In this document: piece by piece, positions 46,382-54,702 of the stretch
Layout of the letters: each line of letters opens with the position of its first letter
Position numbering within the stretch: the first letter of the stretch is position 1
NCBI GenBank assembly: GCA_047514575.1
Contig: JAKZYH010000197.1
Location: forward strand, 1 to 54,842
Length of the DNA stretch: 54,842 bases
DNA from: Acidobacteriota bacterium
GTDB taxonomy: Bacteria; Acidobacteriota; UBA6911; RPQK01; JAJDTT01
Direction of reading: 5' to 3'
Made by a program: the position numbers and the translations under genes
Notes under the pieces: generated by a model
Databases searched by the model: none
Seen by the model: only the letters and a program-made list of their open reading frames with translations
Told to the model about the DNA's origin: nothing

Positions 46382-48708
46382 GGACCTGCAAACTCCCTTT
46401 CCACCAGCACGACCATCTCCGAACCCTTGAAGAAAGTCCATTGCTCTGACCGTACCTCGACCGTCATCTTGATCGGACCATCCATTGTCTCCGGCAGCGA
46501 ATAGATCTTCTTTTCGAAACTAATCGTCAAGGAGCTGCCCAACACAGACAGGCTTTCTGCCTTCATATCAAAGATTATGCCCGGGCCCTCCGGATCCTCG
46601 GAAACAAACAAGGTGGTCACCGGAGACCTATCGACTTCTTCTTTGACTTCGAAGAAGTGTCTTCCCGGTCCGCTTTCCGTCTCCTCTTGACCCCCATAAA
46701 ACAGCTGCCACATGGTTTGAAAGCCACTGTTCCTCACCTGGGACGCCGTTCCGGCGGACACATCGATTTCGAGTTCGGACGTATCCAGACTTCCGTCGTC
46801 GACAAAGACCATGAGGGAGTCGAACCCGACCTCACCCGGCTCCTGGGCCAAAAAGATGATCGGAGCAAGAGACTCCTGGGCTTGCTGAGTCCGAAGAGTC
46901 AGTCCATCCTCCTGAAGCTCCCCCTCAATCGGCTCTACGTCGAGCTCACCCGCCGAAAAGAAGATGCCGGTGTCGGGCTGGAACAAGACCCAGAACTGGT
47001 AATCGTTGCTTTGCTTCCCGTCGATCGCAACGCTGACCGGTCCAGTGATTGCGCCTTCCGGTACATAGACTAGTAGCTCCTCTGCTGAAGCAGTCTCCAC
47101 GGGAGCTTCAACCCTGGTGTTATTGGTCCCTCTGAATGTCACCTGATTGTTCTCACCTACAGGATCGAATCCTGAGCCTGAGATCCTCACCTTGTGACCG
47201 ATTTCACCCTGAAACGGAAGCAGACGCTCAACGCGTGGTGCACCGGAGGCGGGTGCGACGGTCGTGAAGGTCCTGGTGACGGTTTTGGTGAGGGGGACTT
47301 TCCGCCCTTCCAATACCGTGGTTGAGGTGAAAGTGGCCACGACATCGAAGGTCTCGCCAACAGCATCGGGGAGACCGATCACTTGATCATTCAGGATTGT
47401 CTCGCTCACGAAACTCCCCCTGACGACACCCTCTTCTGGTGGTTCCGGGATTTGTCCTAGAGTCATCACCGCAGAACCCTTGGCGAGAGTGCCCTGAGCG
47501 CCCAAGCCTACTCGGCTGTCTATCGAGCGTAGAACATCGAAACTCAGATTTTCGGCGGAATTGATACTGGTCACCTGCAGGTACTGGAAATCCGGGGTCC
47601 CAGAAACTACCTGCTTCCCGATACCAAGAATCCCTCCTTCTTCCAGGCTGGAGAAGTCGGTCGAGACCTTTTCGATGCGAAACTCTGAATGCAGCAAGCG
47701 CATGTGGTTACTGAATTGGTTCACGCTGATCGTAAAACCGGGGACCGAGCCTGCCAGCAAAGTATGCGGCGTGATGTTGAAGTTAGGACTGAAAAGCGGT
47801 TCTCTGACGTTCACGGTGGCCGTGTCCGTGGCAGGTGGTTCTGCACTGTCTTCCAGATCCAGCCTGACTCTGCCTGCCTTCAGGCCTCTTACTTCGATGA
47901 CGTTGCCGTCCAGTTCCGCCACCGCAACTTCTTGATCCTGCTCGGAGAGGGGGGTCAACTTGTAGGGTGGAGTGCCTCCACCGATCACATAGACGTCTTC
48001 GCCGCTGCCCGGGGGCAAGAGCAAAGTGGCACTGGATGGAAGCACATCAAGCCGAGGGGCTGAGGAAAGAACCCGGTAACCTACGCTGTTGCTTTGATCC
48101 TCGTCGACGGTGACGCTCACCGCGTAAAGCCTACTCGTCAGATCTTCCGGGATAACACCCTGGATGACCGATTCGGAGGCGCTGCTGACCTGCGCCTGGA
48201 TCATCGCCTCTGGGCGATAAAAGAGAACCAGGTTTTCACCCGGGTCGGTGCTGAATCCACGACCGAGCAGTGTGAAATTTGTCCCCTGTGGTCCCGAGAC
48301 GGGTGAAATGATCCGGATCTGGGGAGTACCAGGGGGCATGCTGATGACACAACTGGCGAGTTCCGATTGCCCTAGATTGTGGAGGAGCAGGCCCACAATG
48401 TCGTGGACATTGACGGAGGTGTCCTGGTTGACATCGGCGTTTCTCAGGGCGTCTCCGCTCAAAGCCCTGTCTCCCAGGATGTGGGCCTGGACGAGAACCT
48501 GATCCCGTACGTCTCGCTCTCTATCCAGGTTGGCATCGCCGGGACAAGCCGGAATCACCTGCAGAACGGGTGCGCCTGAAGCCGAGGGTTGACCTGAGTT
48601 GGTGCCTCGCTCCGAGAACAGGCGCACCAGGGAAAAGGCCAACAGCATCAGCAGAGAGAGCTCCAATGTACCTACCAGCAACCGACGTATGGATGGATAG
48701 CTGCTCAT
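46378..48708 (-). CDS. cassette 2 large surface protein (776 aa): signal anchor, degenerate N-terminal dockerin-like module, two IPT/TIG domains
   Basis: GDANLDRERDVRD...ADVNQDTSVNVHD. Collinear similarity to 41942-44242 along the full length (e.g. TRTFTTVAPASGAPRVERLLPFQGEIGHKVRISGSGFDP vs SRTFTTVAPPAGAPRLERILPVQGAVGELIELRGSGFDP). Confidence 0.8.
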   Translation of the reverse strand: MSSYPSIRRLLVGTLELSLLMLLAFSLVRLFSERGTNSGQPSASGAPVLQVIPACPGDANLDRERDVRDQVLVQAHILGDRALSGDALRNADVNQDTSVNVHDIVGLLLHNLGQSELASCVISMPPGTPQIRIISPVSGPQGTNFTLLGRGFSTDPGENLVLFYRPEAMIQAQVSSASESVIQGVIPEDLTSRLYAVSVTVDEDQSNSVGYRVLSSAPRLDVLPSSATLLLPPGSGEDVYVIGGGTPPYKLTPLSEQDQEVAVAELDGNVIEVRGLKAGRVRLDLEDSAEPPATDTATVNVREPLFSPNFNITPHTLLAGSVPGFTISVNQFSNHMRLLHSEFRIEKVSTDFSSLEEGGILGIGKQVVSGTPDFQYLQVTSINSAENLSFDVLRSIDSRVGLGAQGTLAKGSAVMTLGQIPEPPEEGVVRGSFVSETILNDQVIGLPDAVGETFDVVATFTSTTVLEGRKVPLTKTVTRTFTTVAPASGAPRVERLLPFQGEIGHKVRISGSGFDPVGENNQVTFRGTNNTRVEAPVETASAEELLVYVPEGAITGPVSVAIDGKQSNDYQFWVLFQPDTGIFFSAGELDVEPIEGELQEDGLTLRTQQAQESLAPIIFLAQEPGEVGFDSLMVFVDDGSLDTSELEIDVSAGTASQVRNSGFQTMWQLFYGGQEETESGPGRHFFEVKEEVDRSPVTTLFVSEDPEGPGIIFDMKAESLSVLGSSLTISFEKKIYSLPETMDGPIKMTVEVRSEQWTFFKGSEMVVLVEREFAGP

Positions 48709-49535
48709 TTGGCCTCGACCCTTTCAGGTGGGAGCCAATAGTGCGGCCGCCATAAGAACCAGAGACAGGTACCCACGACGATCAGTGAGATCAGCTGGGC
48801 GAAGCTCAGGGGACCAAAGGCTACACCCTGCGCGTCAGCTCGGAGAAACTCGAGGGCGAAGCGGAATACGGCATATGCCGAAACGGCCTTCAAGAAGATC
48901 GTTCCCGATTGGTGTGGCTGCCGAAGCCAGTGGTACGCCAGCACCAGGACGATGAGGCCAAATGCCGCCTCGTAGAGTTGGGTGGGGTGGACTGGAAGCG
49001 ATAAAGGGGCGCTGGAATCAATCAATCCTGCCTGCAGGTGTTGGTCGTAGGCGTGATAAGGACCAGGAAAACGGACCCCCCAGGGCAGCCCGGTGGTTTC
49101 TCCCCAATTGCAGCCTGCCGAAAAACAGCCAAGGCGGCCCAATGCGGAGCCCAGCGCCAGGGCGGGTACCAGCGCATCTAGGAATCGGGTAATCGAAACC
49201 CGCTGCGACCACAGGTAGAGGCTGGGTGCCAGGACGACCCCCAGCAGCCCTCCGTAGAAGGCCAGCCCACCCAGTCTGGCATCCAGGACATCCCACAGAT
49301 CCGAGAAATGATGAGGGTATTGTAGGAAATAGACGAGCCGCGCTCCGGGAATCACGAACAATACGGCATAGAAGACGGCCTGATAGGAATGTGCCTCCGA
49401 AAAGCCGTGACGTCGGCACTGACGAAGAGTGATCAACGCCCCGAGTATCAGGGCGAGGGTCAACATGAAGGTAAAATCAGGTACCAGGAAACTGAGGGTA
49501 TTCAGATTCAGGGTCTCGATGATTCGGCTTCGCAT
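48705..49535 (-). CDS. lgt: prolipoprotein diacylglyceryl transferase family protein (Lgt paralog or sole lgt)
   Basis: GGLAFYGGLLG, GRLGCFSAGCNWG, VHPTQLYE and LEFLRAD blocks match Lgt-family conserved regions. Multi-TM. The stop overlaps the next gene's start (ATGA). Confidence 0.8.
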   Translation of the reverse strand: MRSRIIETLNLNTLSFLVPDFTFMLTLALILGALITLRQCRRHGFSEAHSYQAVFYAVLFVIPGARLVYFLQYPHHFSDLWDVLDARLGGLAFYGGLLGVVLAPSLYLWSQRVSITRFLDALVPALALGSALGRLGCFSAGCNWGETTGLPWGVRFPGPYHAYDQHLQAGLIDSSAPLSLPVHPTQLYEAAFGLIVLVLAYHWLRQPHQSGTIFLKAVSAYAVFRFALEFLRADAQGVAFGPLSFAQLISLIVVGTCLWFLWRPHYWLPPERVEAK

Positions 49536-49553
49536 CTACGCTTCAGCGGTTCA

Positions 49554-50726
49554 TCATATGAGGATGATGACGGGGAATGTTGTCAACAGACTGCCCTGCA
49601 GCTTCAACGCTACGGCCGAGATGGGAGCGGACGAAGTGATTTCAATTGAGCCTTGAAATTCGGCCACTCCAGAGAGCTGATCGAACAGCTCGGTAGCGAA
49701 CTGTGGGGAATGCTCTCCGGGCTCAAGGGTGATCATCTCCTGCTCTCGCTCCGTTCCCGCCTCGTCCCGACGGGTGAGCGTGATCTGGATCGTCTGAGAA
49801 GAAAAATTAACGAAGGCAATTCCGGTGTTGGTACCTCCCTGGTCGAACAGGACTGGGATGGAGAATCGGGCGCCAACCGGTGAGGCCCCAACGCCGGCCT
49901 CGCTGGTGACATTCCCGGCCCCGTCCCGCTGCGTAAAGATCAAGGTGCCGCCCAACGGACCAGTGGCATCCAGCAAAGCGTACCCGGCCGAAATATCTCC
50001 GCTTCCGTCCGTTCTCAGGAAAATAGATCCACCAGCTGGGACGGTGAACTCGAAACTCGAATCACTGGTGCCATCTGTCAGAGTCACCACAAACGGTGTT
50101 CCGTCGGACTTGAAAAGACTCACTCTGCCATTTGAGGCCGCCGCGGTGCGATTGACGAAAATGAGTGTCACTACGAAGCTACCGCCCTCGAAGGTGCCGT
50201 TGGCAACCTGCGAGAAAATCAACCGATTCTCCCCCTCGATAGGAGTGTTTCCCGAGTCGCTGATGGTCACGACTCCCTCGTTGGAAACCATCGGGACGGC
50301 GCTTCCGTTCGTATCTGAGGCCTGAATCTCTGAAGGCTCCAGGGTGGTCGAGGAGCCGAGAGCCGCATCTGCTGCCACCTCAAAAACGATGCTGACCACC
50401 GAGCCGGGTCCGGGCGTCATCGATGCGAGAGAGCCCGAGAAGATCACAACCGTGATTTTTCCGTCCTCCAGGTTGGACCCCACGCTGTGATCGGTCAGGG
50501 CGCTGCCTGCCAGCACCGAACCCTCGGCAGGGATGGAGAGGAAAGTCGTATTGAAGGTCAGCGCAAACTGGATCGGCGTGACGTCCTCTCCGTCGCTGAT
50601 TGTCACGGGCACAATCACCTTGGTCCCGGGAGCCGCATTGACGTCCGGAACGCTGAGCGTAATCTGTGCCAGCGCCAACTCTGTCGTCAAGACCAGCAGC
50701 GCTATGAAGGAAAGCTTCCTCATCAT
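49554..50726 (-). CDS. secreted cohesin-domain protein with C-terminal beta-sandwich domain of unknown function
   Basis: Signal peptide ..ELALA-Q. ITLSVPDVNAAPGTKVIVPVTISDGEDVTPIQFALTFNTTFLSI...GSVVSIVFEVAADAALGSSTTL fits the cohesin fold pattern. First gene of the operon. Confidence 0.7.
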   Translation of the reverse strand: MMRKLSFIALLVLTTELALAQITLSVPDVNAAPGTKVIVPVTISDGEDVTPIQFALTFNTTFLSIPAEGSVLAGSALTDHSVGSNLEDGKITVVIFSGSLASMTPGPGSVVSIVFEVAADAALGSSTTLEPSEIQASDTNGSAVPMVSNEGVVTISDSGNTPIEGENRLIFSQVANGTFEGGSFVVTLIFVNRTAAASNGRVSLFKSDGTPFVVTLTDGTSDSSFEFTVPAGGSIFLRTDGSGDISAGYALLDATGPLGGTLIFTQRDGAGNVTSEAGVGASPVGARFSIPVLFDQGGTNTGIAFVNFSSQTIQITLTRRDEAGTEREQEMITLEPGEHSPQFATELFDQLSGVAEFQGSIEITSSAPISAVALKLQGSLLTTFPVIILI

Positions 50727-50801
50727 GTCCCCCTGTTTATTGCCAGCAAGCGAGAGGCCCTATGCAAATAGACAATCGATTATCCAACCCCACCCAGTTT
50801 G

Positions 50802-50837
50802 GCATAGAATTCTATGCTCTTGAGAAGACACGATCAA
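50802..50837 (-). promoter_or_regulatory. perfect 16-nt palindrome GCATAGAATTCTATGC overlapping a candidate promoter TTGATC-17-TAGAAT for the cohesin operon
   Basis: Palindrome at 50802-50817. Minus-strand -35 at comp. 50832-50837 and -10 at comp. 50809-50814. It lies in the 163-nt divergent intergenic region. Confidence 0.4.
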
Positions 50838-50889
50838 GACCTGCATCGTTGACCGAACCAGAGGAGCCAGAAACAGTGAGGGAATCGGA

Positions 50890-53800
50890 ATGCACAGCTC
50901 AAGCGTGAACTCAAGCATGCTGAAGGGTCTCAGGTGGCGCTGCATCGGACCGCCCCGGGGAGGCCGCGTCGTCGCGGTAGCCGGCCATCCCTCCGATCCA
51001 ATGGTTTTCTACTTCGGAGCCTGCGCAGGAGGCGTCTGGAAGACCACGGACGGCGGAACCTACTGGGAGAATGTCTCTGATGGGTTTTTCAATTCGTCTG
51101 CCATCGGGGCTCTCGCCGTGGCCGAGTCGGATCCCAACGTAGTCTATGCAGGAACGGGTGAGACCACGATTCGAACCGATGTTTCCTACGGCGACGGGGT
51201 CTACAAGTCCATGGACGGAGGCCAGACCTGGCGACATGTGGGATTGGCCGATACTCGCCACATTGGCGAGATTCGCATCCATCCAAGGAACCCCGATCTG
51301 GTGTACGTAGCGGCACTGGGCCACGCCTTCGGACCCAATCAGGATCGCGGTGTCTTTCGGTCTCGAGACGGCGGCGAGAATTGGGAAAAGGTCCTCTTCC
51401 GCAGCGAGAAGGCAGGTGCCGTGGATCTGGCGATGGATCCTCACAATCCCAGCATTCTCTACGCCGCTATCTGGGAGGCGTATCGGAACTTCTGGACCCT
51501 CTCCAGCGGCGGTCCCGACAGCAGTCTCTATAGATCTACAAATGGGGGTGAAACCTGGTCGGAGATCAGTGGCCAACCCGGTCTGCCGGTCGGCCTCAAG
51601 GGAAAGATGGGAATTGCCGTCTCGCCGGCTCGTTCCGGACGTGTCTGGGCGATCATCGAAGCGGAAGAAGCGGGCGTTTATCGCTCTGACGATGGAGGCG
51701 AGAACTGGGAGCTGATGACGAACAACCGGGATCTGCTCAATCGTCCCTGGTACTACTGTCACATCTTTGCCGATCCGCAGCACGCAGACACGGTCTATGT
51801 CACCAACTTGAACATGTGGAAGTCTACCGATGGAGGGCGTAACTACACCCAGATTACGACGCCCCACGGCGACAACCATGACCTCTGGATCGATCCTCGG
51901 AACCCACAGCGGATGATCGAGGGAAATGACGGGGGGGCCTGCGTCTCGTTCAACGGAGGGGAGACCTGGTCCACCATCTATAACCAGCTCACCGCGCAGT
52001 TCTACCGCGTCGACGTCGACAACCGTTTCCCCTACCGGGTCTACGCGACTCAGCAGGACAACTCAAGCATCAGCGTTCCCAGTGCCACCGAATATGGAGG
52101 GATTCCCTGGACCGAGTGCTATGCCGTCGGCACGGGTGAAAGTGGGCATATTGCCGTACACCCATCCGATCCAGACATCGCTTACATTGGCGCCGTGGGG
52201 AGCTCACCCGGGGGAGGCGGCGCCCTACAGCGCTACCATCATCGGACTCGGCAGATTCGATTGGTGACCGTGTGGCCCGAAACCGATCAAGGTTGGGCTT
52301 CGATCGACCACAAATATCGCTTCAACTGGACCTTCCCGATCGCCTTTTCTCCCCACGATCCGCAGATCCTCTACGCCGCCGGAAATCGCCTTTTCCGAAC
52401 TCTGGACGAAGGGACCAACTGGGAGGCGATCAGCCCGGACCTCACCCGGAAGGATGTGTCTAAGCTGGGAATATCTGGTGGGCCCGTTACCAGCGATTCC
52501 AGTGGCGCCGAGCAATATGCCACCATTGTTGCGTTTGCGGAATCGCCTCTGGAAAAGGGTCTGCTGTGGGCTGGAACCGATGACGGCCTGGTACAGGTTT
52601 CCCGAGACGAGGGGCAACACTGGCACGACGTAACACCACCTGAACTCCCTGAATGGTCCTGGGTCGGCTCGATTGAAGCTTCGCCCCATGTTGCTGGAGC
52701 CGCATTTGTCGCCGCTACGCGATACAAGCTGGACGATTATGAGGCATATCTCTACCAGACAGTCGACTACGGTGAGACCTGGGAGACTCGCAGTGAAGGA
52801 TTCCCCAAGGGTGAGATCAGTCGAGTAATCCGCCAAGATCCGGTGCAACCAGGATTGTTGTACGTGGGAACCGAAACCGGGATCTGTCTCTCCCTCGACG
52901 AAGGCGATAGTTGGTCTCGTCTCGAATCCAACCTGCCCGTCGTCCCGGTCTACGACTTGAAAATCAAGGACGATGATCTGGTGGCTGCGACCCATGGCCG
53001 TTCCTTCTGGATCCTGGACGACTTGACGCCTCTTCGCCAGCTCTCGCAAGACGTGGCGGACGCTTCGGCCCACCTGTTCGCACCCCGCCCCTCCTACCGC
53101 CGCTGGCTGCAATGGGGTGTCGGGATTCATCGAGGCCCGGGCAAGTGCTATATGCTGGCTCTAGGAGCTGCGGGAGCATTCTATGAGACCAAATCAGCCG
53201 GGGGCGAGTCTGGACTGATAGGGCTCGATGTGGGCGAGAACCCGCCGCACGGAGTTATCGTCTATTACGCTCTCAGTGAGGTTCCCGATGAACTCGTGAC
53301 CCTCTCCTTCCTGGACCTCGAGGGAGCTTTGATCAAGGCAATAAATAGCCAGGACGCACGATCGAAGGACCACCCTGAATCCCAGCTGTCGGACGATAAG
53401 GAAGGCGGACCCTCCCTGCCGGTTGAGAAAGGTTTAAACCGTTTCGTCTGGGATATGCGTTACCCCAATGCTGAGAAGGTGCCGGGAGATCTCATCACCG
53501 AGAAGATGGAGACCGGGCCACTGGCTCCACCCGGAAGCTACCAGGTGCAGCTTCAGGTTGCTGGTCTAACCTCGAGCCGCTCCTTCGAGATCCTCAAGGA
53601 TCCCAGGGTATCCGCCACCCAGGAGGACCTCGACGCTCAGTTCGCTCTCTGGAGCCAGATTCGGGACAAACTCTCGGATACCCACCGGCACATCAACCAA
53701 CTCAGGAAGATCACCGCCCAGTTGAAGCAATGGGAGAACCGTCTGCAGGATTCCCCAGACTCCGAGCCCTCCCAGTCAGTGGCGAAGGCTGCACGGGACC

Positions 53801-54087
53801 TGCGAGAGAAGCTGGAAACACTTGAACAGGAGCTGATTCAAGTCGACGCGGAGACGGCCGCTGACTGGCTGCGTCTGCCAGCCCGCTTGAACTATAAGCT
53901 GGCCGCTTTGACTACCGTTGTTTCGAGTGCCGACGCCGCCCCACCCCAGCAGGCATATGATGTGTTCGAACATCTCTGCGAAAGCGTCGATGCTCAACTT
54001 CAACACCTCCAGGGGCTCATAGACAAAGAAGTACCGGCTTTCAACCAGCTGGTTAGTAACGCCGGACTCCCGGCCGTCGGCACTTGA
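50890..54087 (+). CDS. BNR/Asp-box repeat, sortilin/VPS10-like (GH74-like fold) large protein
   Basis: 1065 aa. N-terminal LRWRCIGPPRGGRVVAVAG and many SxDxGxTW-type motifs (TTDGGTYW, SMDGGQTW, SRDGGENW, STNGGETW, SDDGGENW, STDGGRNY, FNGGETW). No obvious signal peptide. Confidence 0.85.
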   Translation: MHSSSVNSSMLKGLRWRCIGPPRGGRVVAVAGHPSDPMVFYFGACAGGVWKTTDGGTYWENVSDGFFNSSAIGALAVAESDPNVVYAGTGETTIRTDVSYGDGVYKSMDGGQTWRHVGLADTRHIGEIRIHPRNPDLVYVAALGHAFGPNQDRGVFRSRDGGENWEKVLFRSEKAGAVDLAMDPHNPSILYAAIWEAYRNFWTLSSGGPDSSLYRSTNGGETWSEISGQPGLPVGLKGKMGIAVSPARSGRVWAIIEAEEAGVYRSDDGGENWELMTNNRDLLNRPWYYCHIFADPQHADTVYVTNLNMWKSTDGGRNYTQITTPHGDNHDLWIDPRNPQRMIEGNDGGACVSFNGGETWSTIYNQLTAQFYRVDVDNRFPYRVYATQQDNSSISVPSATEYGGIPWTECYAVGTGESGHIAVHPSDPDIAYIGAVGSSPGGGGALQRYHHRTRQIRLVTVWPETDQGWASIDHKYRFNWTFPIAFSPHDPQILYAAGNRLFRTLDEGTNWEAISPDLTRKDVSKLGISGGPVTSDSSGAEQYATIVAFAESPLEKGLLWAGTDDGLVQVSRDEGQHWHDVTPPELPEWSWVGSIEASPHVAGAAFVAATRYKLDDYEAYLYQTVDYGETWETRSEGFPKGEISRVIRQDPVQPGLLYVGTETGICLSLDEGDSWSRLESNLPVVPVYDLKIKDDDLVAATHGRSFWILDDLTPLRQLSQDVADASAHLFAPRPSYRRWLQWGVGIHRGPGKCYMLALGAAGAFYETKSAGGESGLIGLDVGENPPHGVIVYYALSEVPDELVTLSFLDLEGALIKAINSQDARSKDHPESQLSDDKEGGPSLPVEKGLNRFVWDMRYPNAEKVPGDLITEKMETGPLAPPGSYQVQLQVAGLTSSRSFEILKDPRVSATQEDLDAQFALWSQIRDKLSDTHRHINQLRKITAQLKQWENRLQDSPDSEPSQSVAKAARDLREKLETLEQELIQVDAETAADWLRLPARLNYKLAALTTVVSSADAAPPQQAYDVFEHLCESVDAQLQHLQGLIDKEVPAFNQLVSNAGLPAVGT

Positions 54088-54141
54088 TATCACGCGCCAA
54101 GCCGAAACTGCGTTGGCCAGGAGATCATGCCGCAGGCGCCA

Positions 54142-54202
54142 GGAAAGTTCTTTCCTCGAATGATCCAGCGCCAGCCGGGGCCCGGAGCTAACCTGAAACT
54201 TG
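54142..54202 (+). repeat. TCGAATG..CTGAAAC repeat unit a
   Basis: GGAAAGTTCTTTCCTCGAATGATCCAGCGCCAGCCGGGGCCCGGAGCTAACCTGAAACTTG. Confidence 0.7.
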
Positions 54203-54290
54203 ATTTTCAGATCTGGGGGTAAGAAAGGCGTAAACGATTGATGTGGTGAGGGATGGACGTATCTGATACTTCTCTTACACCGAAGGTGTT

Positions 54291-54479
54291 ATTGCGCGTA
54301 GCCCAGGGTTGCAATGCGAAGCGAGCTACCCTGGGTTTAGGTTGCCCCTTATCTTTTCTACGCTGAAAGCGTTGTTGCCAGAGCGTTTCGGTCGGCAATA
54401 ACCCCCTTGGGGTAAGGCATATAAGCGGCCCTATCCCAGGGTAGCTCGCTTCGCATTGCAACCCTGGGCTACACGCAAT
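54291..54479. repeat. REPIN-like element: 45-nt inverted repeat (1 mismatch) around a 99-nt loop
   Basis: Arms at 54291-54335 (ATTGCGCGTAGCCCAGGGTTGCAATGCGAAGCGAGCTACCCTGGG) and 54435-54479. Each arm also contains the REP core CCCAGGGT..ACCCTGGG. Confidence 0.9.
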
Positions 54480-54506
54480 TACTTCGGCGTAGGTGACGAA
54501 TCCAGA

Positions 54507-54565
54507 CAGAGTTTCTTTCTCGAATGGGGCAGCGTAGCTGGGGGACCACTCTAAGCTGAAACTCC
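54507..54565 (+). repeat. TCGAATG..CTGAAAC repeat unit b
   Basis: CAGAGTTTCTTTCTCGAATGGGGCAGCGTAGCTGGGGGACCACTCTAAGCTGAAACTCC. Confidence 0.7.
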
Positions 54566-54639
54566 TCCGTGCCGCCGTTTTTCGAGCCAAAGGCTCGACG
54601 GAAGGAATACGGCGGCTTGGAAGCCACCGCCACGCCGGC

Positions 54640-54702
54640 CGAAGTTTCTTTTTCGAATGATCCGGCGGTCCGCAGCCGGTGGTGGGGCTGAGCTGAAAAG
54701 AC
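54640..54702 (+). repeat. TCGAATG..CTGAAAC repeat unit c
   Basis: CGAAGTTTCTTTTTCGAATGATCCGGCGGTCCGCAGCCGGTGGTGGGGCTGAGCTGAAAAGAC. Confidence 0.7.

Noticed and set aside
50911-53130. 322-aa and 301-aa minus-strand ORFs
   Set aside because: They are antisense to the BNR/sortilin-like gene, which has many Asp-box repeats. They are shadow ORFs.
54142-54702. Possible CRISPR array, suggested by three similar ~55-60-nt units in the same orientation
   Set aside because: The units look only about 70-80% identical and the spacing is irregular (about 365 and 133 nt). A REPIN sits between them, copies of the unit are dispersed elsewhere in the window in both orientations, and no cas genes are present.
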